Positions 10,772 to 22,867 of a DNA stretch of 35,991 bases are shown here, in pieces. The notes beneath the pieces were generated by a model. That model was given only the letters and a program-made list of their open reading frames with translations, made no database searches and was not told the origin of the DNA. Every line of letters starts with the position of its first letter. Within the stretch, counting starts at the first letter, position 1. Location of the stretch: contig NMRA01000428.1 in the NCBI GenBank assembly GCA_002633005.1, positions 359,814 through 395,804 of the forward strand, written 5' to 3'. Position numbers and translations under genes: made by a program. Origin of the DNA: Phoronis australis (Eukaryota > Animalia > Phoronida).

Positions 10772-11009
10772 CATACACCCAAAAAGCCTAAAATGGAGGA
10801 CGAATTTTTTAAGAATGTGGACCTTTGACTAAGATTCACGGGGTCCTTTCAGAGCTACGAATTGTTGTAATCCCTGCATTTTTAGTGGAATTTGTCTCGT
10901 TTTTTCACTTTTTGAGAGGCTTTGATTCTCCGAAATGGATTTTTTTTGCCATTCGACCAATTTGAAACTGTTTCAAGCCCCTCGAACTCCCTTTGTGGTT
11001 GTGCACATG
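10772..11009 (+). mobile_element. Diverged MITE of the CATGCGCGCACCCAG family
   Basis: GTGGACCTTTGACTAA, TTTTTAGTGGAATTTGTCTCGTTT and terminal CTCGAACTCCC...GTGCACATG; possible TSD TGCTG/TACTG. Confidence 0.55.
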
Positions 11010-12903
11010 TACTGACATACAGATCTGACATTGTTGGTTAAATGTTGCCTAGCAACTAAAGGCTATCTTGAGGAGGCTTGCAGTTGCAATTGTAATTGAA
11101 AGGGGAAGAAAGTCGTGGGTAATTGGTGAAACAACAGTGCTTCAAAATGATTCTACATGTACATATGTTGCAATGCAAAACTAACTGTGAACACTCTTGT
11201 GTGATGTGCTATGAACTCCAAACGATTGTTCTTGGATTACTGTTGTGAATATTCTGTGGTGAATAGCTGACATAATCTGGTGGATACAGACGTTATTAGA
11301 GGCGGTCTGTGGGCATGGCAAGAACTGGTCGATTTGTTAGTTTTGGTGTCCAGTGAGTATGAACACCACAGGTGTCGCTGCTCATGATCCCGCGCAAAGA
11401 CAAAGTGTTGTTACTGTAAAACCCCAACCATCATTTGAGAAATGGACATTTTATGCCCTGTTGTAGTAAATGGTTTGATAAGCAGTAGAAGGTATATCAT
11501 CACTACACTTGCAATATGTATGTACGTGTAGGAATATTCATTAAGGCATTCAAATGAAATGTTTGTTTCTCGTAAAGAATTTTTGCAATTTTTGGAATCC
11601 GGCATGATCACCAATTTTCAGAGGGATGCGACAATAGTAATTAAATTTTTGTTTTCTGAATCAGATCACCATTAGTTGAACAGAAGTTTCTTAAACTTTG
11701 AGTTTATATTGTCTTGAAAACGTATACTATGCCTTAGTGCAGTGCAATTTATACTTTCCAACGTCTTAAAGGAGCATGCCACCCAAAAAACAACCTAATT
11801 TGTATCAATTTAGATCGAGTAGATCTACTCCATAACGACACGTACGGTTGCAATACCTGACACCTGACGGCAGAGGGAGGTGTTGAAATTGTCCAATGAC
11901 GTTATCGGTTTCACACGCAGTCTGTTCAGCAGTTCACAACACGGGTTACTGGTGTCAGCTTATCGCTTGAAGTCATCGTTTAACACCAAAAGATCATCAA
12001 ACTTCGATGTAAAACCCTTAAAAATATACCAAATTCTTATAAAAAAGTCTTGTTTTATTTCGCTCTTACGGATTTATTGGTATTTGGACACACCGTAGCC
12101 TACAAATTTCGGCAGGCCAATAAGGTCCGTAGCAGGAGTTTGGGGTCTATTCGCAGATAATTTCGAAGAATTTTCGTTGAGATACAGACAGGAGAACCTA
12201 GATCTGTGTTGTTTAGACTTGTAATTTCTGAGTTCTAAACACAAAACGCTTGTTATCCTGGCCAGTGGCTGGGAGCACGATCTGAGGACCGTCGCAGCCT
12301 GCTGCCCAGCCAATGGATTGACTCCGCCGTTATCCCGGTCAGAGGCTCGGAAACTGATCAGACATCACGAACATAAACCAGCCAAAGTTCAGTGGAAACG
12401 AAACTTTCAGTCAAAAAAATACTATACTAGTGAGCCAAAGTAATGTGTACGGTGATTATGTTGGTGAATTAGCCACGGAATTGCAAATCTACTTATTCGT
12501 CGGGGGCCGCGAATTGGTTACGCTTTGCCGGGCCACAGCACCGTCAGGGCAGACGTTGTACATTGACAATCATTATTTGAGCAATGTAAATGTAAATAAA
12601 AATTCCCCTAACACCTGGCCGTGGGATGGAAATTGAGTTGTTTCACAACACTTTCTGCCAGCAAACACTAAATTAGCATGAGCTCACGCGGCCTCGGTGG
12701 CCCGTCAATTAGTTTTATTTCACCTAAAGCCAGTAACGCATAGATTTATTCATTGCTGGCTTCTCAAATCATTTGCACTCACGAACACTCCAAAGGCATT
12801 ACAAATTGCGTCTAATGAGACAGACTTTGTTTGAGTTTTATATAAGTATTGGTTAGCGTGGGAATAATTCATTTTGAAACAGCACGCTCAGTAATATACC
12901 AAC

Positions 12904-13100
12904 ATGGTAACTGTTGCGCAATCCCGACTTAGGGCGAGCTAGAGCTCGATTAGTCCCGACTTCGCAGGTGGAACGTTAAGTTTTACAGGCTATCAATTCG
13001 AACAGGAATACAGTGATGAAAAAATACTAGAGAGGCGCCGTGAACAAGCTCAGACAACGGAACGTATGGAGCCATTGTTAAGCCGGCATTCGTCAGGCAC
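12904..13100 (+). pseudogene. N-terminal relic of the Kolobok second ORF (P2X7 C-terminal-domain-like / KolX-like protein)
   Basis: In frame from ATG 12904: MVTVAQSRLRAS*SSISPDFAGGTLSFTGYQFEQEYSDEKILERRREQ. GYQFE(P)EYS.EE is the motif I recognise at the N-terminus of invertebrate 'P2X7-like' transposon proteins. Confidence 0.5.
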
Positions 13101-13107
13101 TGTCGAC

Positions 13108-13448
13108 GTCTGCAGGCCACAGACACGGAGATGTTTCACGGCCTCATACTTGCTATTTACAGCGTACATATCATTCTTCACTACCATGAGCCACTTCCTA
13201 AGCATTTCGGATCTCGAGGAAGTAAAATAAACGGTATACCAGGCGTGCGTTCAGTAGATGCTAGGACCTACGCTAGGACCTAGCCAAAAGCTAGTCAAGG
13301 TCAAGTGCTCTCATTTAAAATACACGGCAATATCTCGCGTAATCTCGCAAAGTCTTGCTTTTAAGCTAGGTCCTAGCGTTACTGAACGGGAGGGCGCTTT
13401 CCTCGCAGCTGCTTAGTTCAGACAAGCGGGAACGATGCACCGCAACAT
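13108..13448 (-). pseudogene. THAP domain relic of Kolobok transposase, interrupted by a MITE
   Basis: ATG at 13448: MLRCIVPACLN* [MITE] GIPFILLPRDPK-LRKWLMVVKNDMYAVNSKYEAVKHLRVCGL, matching the C-x4-C...P...W...VC THAP consensus. Confidence 0.75.
13241..13397. mobile_element. ~155-bp MITE (GCTAGGACCTAGC family, PIF/Harbinger-like)
   Basis: Inverted ends GCGTTCAGTAG..GCTAGGACCTA / GCTAGGTCCTAGCGTTACTGAACG. Homologous copies at 27872-28030 and 32249-32407. Splits the THAP reading frame. Confidence 0.8.
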
Positions 13449-14026
13449 AGTGGCATTCACTCTGCATATGAACCACTGATGTCGCTAGCGTCGTTTCTCA
13501 CCTTCCTCACAGGTTAACGCGACACCTCTTGGCAAGGTAAGGTCTACCGTATGCGAGGCGATGTGGATATAGACCGATTAAGACGGCAAAAAGACCAATT
13601 AAATCGGGTGGCATTCTTCTTTAATTTGTGCGCGTGCTTCCCCCAGTACTATACCTTGCACTAAATACACTTTTCTTCCAGTGCCCAACTTTGGAAGAAT
13701 TGTTTCGGTTGTTTGTGTTAAGTGTATCAGATGCACCGACTTTACTTAAAGATATCCGTCCTGGGTCAAGATAAAAGTTATAAGATTTTGTGTATGGACC
13801 TGTGCTGAGTTTTCAGTATTGTGTGTTTGTGGCGTACTATATCATGGCTAGTAATAACTTCTGATGGATCACCACTTCATCATGTAACATGAGATATAGC
13901 ATTTCTCAAGTTTTGACATATGTCCTTACCCAATCTACAACAGATATGAAATTAACGTTGCAAAAATTATTTTCCGACTTCTCGGTGTCTTGACGTTTCA
14001 GCTTTTAGCAAAGGCCTAGCTGTAGA

Positions 14027-14450
14027 GCCCGGCTGCATGAAACATGGACTAAATTAAAATAACAAAGATCTTTGTTTATTGGTTTCGTTCTTTACTCACA
14101 TAAGTATTTCTCGTTCTATCCTTTTATCCTTATGATGACCTGTTATTTTACTAATGACTTTTTCATAATAAAAGCTAAAACATGATCCATCCCTTGTACT
14201 GAATATGATAAGGCATGTAGTCCTCAAGTCAGGGGTGCTGCGTGAAAAGATCCATTTTTTTATATTCAGTTATATTGAGAATTCAGAGCAAAATTCCCAT
14301 ATAACTTGAATTAAAGGCAACAGAAATTATTAAATAACGAGAGTCAAATAGCATAAGAAAAGAAATTAAAGTTTTCACAAGCACACAAATACGCAGTAGA
14401 TAAAACGAACTTAACTGAGTCCCTATTTGGGCCTGTTCATGTGAACGGGC
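14027..14450. mobile_element. Putative MITE
   Basis: Imperfect inverted ends GCCCGGCTGCATGAAACA / TGTTCATGTGAACGGGC around an AT-rich core; a similar left end GCCCGGCTGCACGAA occurs at about 25964. Confidence 0.4.
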
Positions 14451-15311
14451 ACAGAACATTGCTGTTGTTTACTTCAATGTTTGTCTGTTGCCTTGGGCGC
14501 AATGTATTTTATTTGAATGTTGTTTTGTGTACTCCGTGTTATGGATCTTTGATTGCAAAATGTCCATTCAATTCCGTCATTCAGTTAGTCATTGCTCCAT
14601 TTGTAGTGGGAATGTTTGAAATATTAATCACCCATGCATCTCCACATTGTGCGATGCACACTGTGGGGCGCAAATCAAACAATAATGTTAACTGCTGGCA
14701 AGGCATTGTGCCTGATAAAAATAAACTTGTTGCATATACTAACATCATCAGGTCTGCTTGAACCACTTCTGAGAATTATACACAATAGGTATTCAACTGT
14801 ACATGCTAAATAAATAAATACTGCAACCTTTTGAATACAAGAATGGAGTCAAACAAGATTGCATGTTAAGTATATTATTGTTCTCTATATGTATACATGG
14901 ACTTGCTATTGAAATGAAAACTGGAAAAAGAAGTGGTATTCAAGTTAACCCGTCCATTGAGAATGTGTTTTATTAGCATATGCCAGCAACATGACTCTAG
15001 TTAACGAGTCCATAGTTGAAATACACTGTACAGAGACGATTAGATGACCTAGAAAATTTTTATTTGAAGTGGAATGTGTGGGTGAACGCACAGCAATCAA
15101 CCATAGTCATTTTTTAAGAAAGATGGACTACACTGTATTAAAAGTATGGTATTACAAGAGTGTTGAGTCGACGACGTACAGTTACTATGAATATAAGGGA
15201 TTCTACTTTCATTCCATGAAGCAGAGATACAGCACACATCACGAATTTTTGTCCGACCGGTCGGAAATTGGTCGGCGACCGGCCGTCGACCGGTCGGCAA
15301 ATTAGCCGACC

Positions 15312-15546
15312 NNNNNNNNNNNNNNNNNNNNNNNNNNNNNNNNNNNNNNNNNNNNNNNNNNNNNNNNNNNNNNNNNNNNNNNNNNNNNNNNNNNNNNNNN
15401 NNNNNNNNNNNNNNNNNNNNNNNNNNNNNNNNNNNNNNNNNNNNNNNNNNNNNNNNNNNNNNNNNNNNNNNNNNNNNNNNNNNNNNNNNNNNNNNNNNNN
15501 NNNNNNNNNNNNNNNNNNNNNNNNNNNNNNNNNNNNNNNNNNNNNN
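15312..15546. other. Assembly gap (235 N)
   Basis: Run of N between a GC-rich palindromic repeat and the second Academ-like fragment. Confidence 0.99.
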
Positions 15547-16347
15547 GAATCAAGCTGGAGTAGCAGTGACGGTATTGAAACGTATTAAAAACTAACAGGA
15601 AACTACTGTTGACATTAAACATATAGTATGTAGCTTGATGTTCTTGTCGATACAGTGATTTTGACTATCTGTTACTATGCTGTTTGAAAGTGTTGCTCTA
15701 TTTCATGTAGTTTATTTTGATTAAAGAAGGTTTTTAAAAACACGCCTGTTACTTTTCTTTCAACGTAAGGCAATGAGTAGGCAATGACCATCGCCTCTGT
15801 TGGCCCGAACAGAGTTTCTGGCAAACGCCTTCCAGAGCACAATTTGTTGTCTGTCATGGGTCATCTGGTGGATTATTGGTTTTAAGTCAGTTTTAGCCGG
15901 TACCTCGGGATCTATAAAATCTTTGCCTCGGGTATCTAATGTACCTCAAAGTATTGATAGCATATATTGTGGTTGAGATTTTTGAGGGTTTCTTCCAGGC
16001 ACAATCCAGAGTGTATTTTGTCTGTCACAGGGCATTTAGTGACCTGTGACATGTATTGAACCTCATGGAATTGGTCGGTTTTGTGAGGTACCTCAAATGT
16101 ATAAGCTAGCTCATTTTTTTAGGGGGGTCCTTTTTTGGTTTCTGTTGGACCCATTCCAGAGTGTAATTTGTCTGTCATGGGGCATTTGGAGTTCAATGTG
16201 GTACTATTGTTTGTTTAAGATCAGTTTTGGCCCGTACTTCGAAAGTTGAGACTTTTGGGGGTTTCTGCCGGGCACAATCCAGAGTGTAATTTGTCTGTCA
16301 TAGGGTATTTAGTGATCTGTGACATGTATTGAATCATATGGAATTGC
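15547..16347 (+). mobile_element. Second fragment of the Academ-like element in opposite orientation: last transposase codons, 3' region and tandem array
   Basis: 15547-15767 is the reverse complement of 8180-8394 and encodes ESSWSSSDGIETY*. About 15810-15850 matches 7659-7697 reversed. 15850-16347 are array units. Confidence 0.88.
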
Positions 16348-19258
16348 TAAATTTCTTCCAAAGGTAGTGCCTGGTGAACTCTTGTCCTTACGAGGACCTT
16401 CAGCCACAGTCTAGTGAACGAATTAACCAAATTACTCTTCGGTGGCCCTGATCAGACGGCTGGTCTCAGCATAATGCGCACATTTGGCCAGGATTTGGAT
16501 CAACGATTTCAACAACTTCACACTGAATCGTGTACAACTAAATAGGACGCTAGTAAAACCTTTAACATCAATATAGATTACATTAATACTTCAGAAAGAA
16601 CCAACTGGACATGTCAAAATCTATCTCGCAATTCAACAGCAGGTTATAAACTCAATTATTAATGTCGACTGTATGCCGCACAAAACCTTAACCATCTTAG
16701 CCAAGTACGCTGCAGTCTATGAAAATACCGACAACTAACCCGAGTTTCAACTACTTTGCAAACATGGAACAGGGATATCAAACGGGTATGAAGGTTGTTT
16801 TTATGCTTCAATGTTACATTTTTGTAAGCTGACAAATGTTTTTTTAAATCTACCTTAATTCCTACTATTTCAAAAGTATTTCCAACCTAGCGTCTTTCAA
16901 ACGTACATTGATGACAAAACCATATTTCTAAAACCGGTTTTGCAAAGTCCTACACCATCTCCACATAATATGAACCAATTCTACTCCTAATGTAACAAAA
17001 AGGCCCCCTGCGTAACGGACACTAAGTATGTTCGTTCTGAAGTATTGGCTAGGTTCTGCTAACGCAACCTCGCGAAAAGTCACACAAGAACTCGTGACAT
17101 CTACCATCGCGTTACAAGTGAGACACGTGATAAGAGTACATGTACTTTCCTTCGGAACATCCTTGCGTGAAAGGAACTTACTATGTGGATTTTCCACTAC
17201 ATGGCATCATTACTGCGTTTTTCATGTTTGTGTCATCCCCCACTGTATTCCAAGTTACAGGAACGAGACATTGCGATGTCAGCCTAGTAAAACATTTATA
17301 GAAATGCTAATGGTTTTGTGTTGTGTCTCGGATGCCTATTTCAGATAATTCAATGTTAATTGGTTTTATGGCCAATTCCACGATGTTTAACATTTTAAGA
17401 AATTAAGTCAGTGTTTGCTTTGTGTTATTTAAGATGACAGTTTTACACGGAGAATTATAGAGGGTAGCATGCCCACATTATTTACAGTGTATGCCGCCAT
17501 CACCACTTAAAACTGCTATTCACGGAAAAACTCCTCTCGTGAGTATACATGTATAAATTCGTTCTCAACATTTTGTTTTACGTTCTATTACTATTATTGT
17601 TATTATGTGCACATTCATCCACTTTAAACCTATCAGTAATGCGCTCTTCAGACATGTTTTACGGTATGTACACATCGAAAGACCACTTTCATTATTTAAA
17701 ACGAATGTTTTGAGGAAGATTTGCCACTTTCCGTACTCTCTTCACAGCAGGCCTTAGATCGTCTCATTGAAGATTTGTACCGACTATTGCAGAAACATGT
17801 AACAAAATAATTCGCAAACTGCAACGTAAACTTCATTGCCTTGTTATGTCGGTTGATTCTAACACAGAGTTGATGCTACATCACCTGGTGCTCATGCTAA
17901 CCTCAAGTCAACTCAAGTATTGTTTCAGCGTTTGCCTTAAATCATGATAACGAAATCATGAAGTCCAATGTTGTTAAGTTTGGAGATTTTCCGTATCTAT
18001 GATTTGGATTGCCCTATAACGATATCACATGGACAGGAAAGCCTGTTGTCTTGCCAGACGCGAGACGGGGAGTGACAACTTGTCAATTTTTGGCATAGTT
18101 AACAAAGCGCTGTGGAAGGTCTTCAGCCGTTTGTTAGTTGAAAATGTGCATTCCAAAAACGACGGCAGTTCTTTGAGCGACGAAAGCATGAGCTCTACAA
18201 TGAATGTAGGGATGCAAATGTCATTTCAAAGCGTTATGAGATAGTAAAGTTGATATTTTTCCTGTCTGACTATTTCATGAGCGACACTTAATTTCTGAAG
18301 ACTAGTCAGTTATTTATTTATAGCTGACAATATTGTAGCTGTCACATATGGTATTTGTTATGTACTAATGAACAAAGGCAATGTTTAAACAGTCAAATTG
18401 ACATCTGATATGTATTTAAAATAATAGTTCTTAAAATGCTTATTTGATATTGTGCGGTGATAGGATAAAACATCGTTATCCTTAACTCATTTTGTGGTAT
18501 CAATAATATTTGTCAACCTGTATTATCTAGTATGGCTAATTCCTCCACGTTGACTACGTCCTGTTATTTCAAAAAAATGCTATCATGTTGTAAATGTCTT
18601 CCTTTAGCACCTACAACAAAACTTAAGAAATAATAAAAGTAAGCGATTTCTAATCAAAATATATGCACAACCAGTGTTTCACCGCGAAAAATATCTGGTT
18701 GCGAGATGAAATTATATATTTATGTTACATGAACATTAATACCTCATACAAGCCATTAATCATTCCATTTAGTGAACGTTTAGTCATAGCAGGAAGAGAT
18801 AACTCTTCCTGGTCATCGTTAATTGAATGCTCTACTGTTTCCTAAATCCTGTTGCTTTTATTTGAGTGGCATGTCTCATAGCTCCTTCAATATTTCTTTC
18901 GATGTTCTGAATAAGTAATTGTTGTTCAATTGCTACAATAATGTACAGAGATTATTTCGTGTTCCCCATGTTGTCGTTAATTAATTTGTTTAATTGCAGT
19001 AGTATTGTATGCATCGCCGAGGATGGGTGCTTTTTAGGCAATATGCTTTAAAAATATTCATTCATTCAACAATATACCTATATTTTTTTATCCTGTGGTG
19101 TTATGGATATCTGAAGACGTTGGAATGTTCACTTTTGAAATGACATACATGTAATGTATGTGTGTGGTATAGATGTTATGAAGAATAAGAATGATAATAA
19201 AAAGTACGCAGCGCATTTTACACGATAGTGATTAGTTTTGGCGAGTGTTGTTACATAA

Positions 19259-19592
19259 AAGCGGTACTATAAATTCACGTTTTGTCACAGAAGTAACTTT
19301 AATTTAAGTAACTTACCGTTATAGATGTCTTCTTACTTTAGTCATTACTCAAATGAGATATCTGAGTTTACAAAGAACCGACAATTGTGATTCCTCGAGG
19401 CCATACCCGGTACAAAAAATGCCACACCGTGATAAGACAGCATGCGGAGCTTATCTCAAGCAATAACGAATTGTCAGTTATGTCGAACTTTACTCCTATT
19501 TGACATTGGTATTGCATTTAAAAAGGTAAGAGGTCTAATCAAGAGAAAAATACTTTTGTGACAAAATGCGAATTTAGTCATGTAGCCGTTTG
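19259..19592. mobile_element. Putative MITE (~330 bp), Kolobok-like ends
   Basis: Inverted repeats AAATTCACGTTTTGTCACAGAAGTA (about 19271) / TACTTTTGTGACAAAATGCGAATTT (about 19551); degenerate TTAA-like flanks. Confidence 0.55.
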
Positions 19593-20204
19593 AATTTTAG
19601 ACAAACTCATTTGAGAAAAATACTGAAACCACCACCTTCCATTTGAAAAATCGCCATTGTAAAACAACTGCACACACATATAAAATCGTTTAATATGCTG
19701 TTTGGAAAAGATGCCTTTAACATAATTCAAATTCAAATTATCTTTAAGCACATAAATGCATTTACTTGATTTTTTGATGAAAGAATGGATTCAAGATCCT
19801 CGTTCCAGTTCGCCATCTCAGATTTTTCCTGGAAAATTTCACCGTTCAAATGCAACCGTAAAGTCATTATATTACTTCCCCGTGAAATATGCTAAAGCTA
19901 TATAACCTCATTCACTGTCCAGAATAACGAAAAACCTCGGAAGCAAGGGAAATGAACCCTAAGAGGTAGCAAGCAAGATAAAGGGAGTGGTAGGGACGTG
20001 AAGCTGACGTGTGCTACTTTTCAATTTCATACTTTTATGTGGCATTTTCATAATTTTGATGTGAGATGTCAACTCAGATCAAGCGTTTTGAAACTCCGGA
20101 TTTTTAATTTGTAATGAACTGCACTGCACGTAACCTTTTATGAATTTACCGTAGTTGGTTACAGACAAGCCCATCTTTATAAATACTAGCAACGTAGACA
20201 AACG

Positions 20205-20367
20205 CGTGCGCGCACCCAGGGGAAAAGTCCAAGAGAAAGAGACGAAAGTCCACAGCACGGCAGTACCCCGTTTTTTATTTTAGTTCTCACGCTTTTTTGT
20301 TAGCAAAAGGTCCACTTTGCCAGAGATTCGAGCCCGATCCCTATATTAGAGGCTGGGTGCGCGCATG
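20205..20367 (-). mobile_element. MITE, CATGCGCGCACCCAG family
   Basis: TIRs CGTGCGCGCACCCAG / CTGGGTGCGCGCATG; 5-bp flanks AAACG / AAATG. Confidence 0.85.
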
Positions 20368-20645
20368 AAATGTCTACACAAATTGCACCTAATGCAGCTC
20401 CTGGTTTAAACCCGGGCTTCATTTTTAAAGTTTGGTCAGTTATAAATAACGCCACAAACATGAAAGTTCAATGAAACACGTCTACCTTACAGATGTGACA
20501 ATCCCTAGCCACGGAAAACTTGAGAGCCCGACAAAAATACTAATGACGAAATAACGGTGATGATAATCATCCACTTGTTAATTTACTTCACCTACACAAT
20601 TGGAAATAGCCGCTAAAATGAAACTCATTCGAGAAAGCACCACGT

Positions 20646-20780
20646 CATGCGCGCACTCAGAGGGGGGTTCGAGCCCCCCATTTGGCGAAGTGGGTAAAAA
20701 GGTCTGCCCGCTCTGTTGTTAACAAAAAATCCATAACGTCAGGAATTCGAGCCAACCATTTTGAAGGCTGGGTGCGCATG
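20646..20780 (-). mobile_element. MITE, CATGCGCGCACCCAG family (short)
   Basis: CATGCGCGCACTCAG ... GAATTCGAGCC ... GGCTGGGTGCGCATG; TSD not clean. Confidence 0.8.
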
Positions 20781-21035
20781 AGTGCACGTGAGTCCCAATG
20801 ACAGCCCCATTATGGTAGAACCCAAGGAGCTCAAGTCAGGGTCAAATCAGGATGGGCATAAATAAGCAAATTTACTGTATCAACAAATTAGACAAATAAG
20901 AATAAGATACAAAGCATTGCTACAGTGTACACGCGCACAATAACTGGGTCTATCATGATGCAACTGAGATGTTCTAAAGGCCTTGACACGATTAGATGTG
21001 TTCAACATTATCCTCTTAAAATGAGGCTATATCTA

Positions 21036-21180
21036 ACAACACCAACACAGTGTAAGTGTGACCTTTTTATACACCATCATTCTAATGACCTAACAAGGCC
21101 AAAACAGTGTGTGAGTGACCTTTGAATACAACATCACTATAACACACCTACATAACAAGGCCAAAACAGTGTCTGAGTGA
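21036..21180 (+). repeat. Minisatellite, about 2.5 copies of a ~57-62 bp unit
   Basis: AACAAGGCCAAAACAGTGT.TGAGTGA at about 21092 and 21154, with a diverged copy at about 21036. Confidence 0.7.
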
Positions 21181-21657
21181 AATAAGTTATGTAGGTACAG
21201 AATCGCAATGAGAGTTGATCTTAGAAGGTCAGTAGAATGGGAGAGGCACAGCATCGTAGAAAGATATCAGACCAGTGACAACTTGCTGTGGGCGAACTGT
21301 TAGTTTGAACCAGTCTTGAACCAATTATGTATTGACCTCACGGATGCTCCCTTAGTTTTTTCAGCCTGATCAACAATACTGAAGTATTTACCGAATGTGC
21401 ATTCAACATTACAACTAATACGCGTTTTGTGGGACATCTGTTGTTAGCGCCAATCTGTTCTTGGGCTAATTAAGTATATCTCAAAATTACTCCACAATAG
21501 GTCCCATGCGCGTAACGCTAGTTGGTCTAAAAGGTGATCCTTTTTTGTAAAATTTTCTGTGGGTTTGTCTCCAAAACATAAAAGTCTGGTCGTGTATTAA
21601 AATGACTGCGATATTGCAAATAAACGGGGATTGGTGACAAGAACCTCGGTGACAATT

Positions 21658-21897
21658 CATGAGTATACCCAGCCTTCAATTTGCGGGGCTCGAATTCCCG
21701 GAGTTGTGGACCTTTTGCTAACAACAGAGCCAGCGGACTACAAAAAAAAGCGGAGCACCACTGTGAATTGCGCATTTGGCTTATTTAGTGGACTTTTGTC
21801 CCATTTTCGCAGACTTTTTGTCTCTCGGGGTCGGACCTTTTTGCCCACTTTGCCTAATGGGGGGCTTCTTCGAGCTCCCCCCCTATGTGCGGGCATG
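21658..21897 (+). mobile_element. MITE, CATGCGCGCACCCAG family, near full length (240 bp)
   Basis: CATGAGTATACCCAGCC ... GTGCGGGCATG with a perfect 5-bp TSD CAATT (21653-21657, 21898-21902). Confidence 0.85.
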
Positions 21898-22029
21898 CAA
21901 TTGAGATTTGGATTGTGGTCACATGCGAGAATCTGTAATCTGAGAGCTAGCCATGAGCACAGGGAATTTATAAATTACATTTTTTGGCTGCGTGTATAAA
22001 CACCCTGGCTGAAGCACTCGACATTTCTC

Positions 22030-22830
22030 GAGCCCCTCTTACGGCAATTTCAGCGACTGTTAGAGGTGAGATGGGTCGTTACTCCTTGATTGCTTACCGA
22101 CTTCCTAGAATTATGAAATATTAAAAACCGACGAGTAAAAAATTATATACCATTGCTATGAATCGCAGTACAATATGACGGAAAATGTTAATAAACCGTG
22201 CTGTTTTAATGATGTTAAGAAATTGCTATTACAGTTTGGTCTTGGAGATACATGGTATGATCAGGGTGTAAGTTCCGAAAAAAGCTTCATATCACTTTTT
22301 AAACAAAGATGCAAAGATATTGATCAGCAAAAGAGGCAAGATGTTTTGAACAATTCGATTAAGCTGGAAACTTACAGAACTTTTAAGTTAAATATATGAT
22401 TTGAAAACTATTGAGATGTAATTGACAATGTAAATGTTAAGATCTGATATGGTAAGATTAAGATGTTCAGCGCATGCACTAATGATTGAAAAGGGTAGAC
22501 ACTTGAAACTTAGCAGACCAGAAAGGTTACGCCCTATCTGTGTTAGGACATATGTCGAGTCAGAATATCATTTTGTTATCGAATGTCTATTCTGCGATGA
22601 CCTTAGGAAACGGTATTTGCCTGTATGGAGCTACAACAATCCCAATGTTACAAAATTCAGCAAACTCATGACTATGGAGGAAAAAGATCTTATATGGTCA
22701 ACATGTAAATATGTTCCTGTCGCATTCAAGCGAAGAAGAATTCGGTTTACTTCTAGTGTTTGACACTTACCATTATTGTATTTGATGATTTGATTGTAAC
22801 AAGGGCCGGAGGCCTAGTTATACACTCATT
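22030..22830 (+). mobile_element. 5'-truncated non-LTR retrotransposon (LINE, RTE-X-like) ORF2 C-terminus and 3' UTR
   Basis: VRGEMGRYSL..RIMKY; LLQFGLGDTWYDQG...FKQRCKDID; RLRCSAHALMIEKGRH...RPERLRPIC...VESEYHFVIEC...LRKRYL (degenerate CCHC). Stop at 22763, then a short tail with GGGCC..GGCC. Several stops and frameshifts. Confidence 0.88.
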
Positions 22831-22867
22831 AACGTGGTTCTTCGATCGTGAAATACGACACTCCAAT

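Larger units (their letters stand above)
11770..13620. mobile_element. Non-autonomous Kolobok (KolobokP-like) DNA transposon
   Basis: TTAA at 11766-11769 and 13621-13624. TIRs AGGAGCATGCCACCC / GGGTGGCATTCTTCT (13/15 match). Internal convergent THAP and YQFE-motif coding relics. Confidence 0.82.

Noticed and set aside
14441-14766. Overlapping 106-aa and 61-aa ORFs
   Set aside because: No recognisable motif; lengths are within chance expectation.
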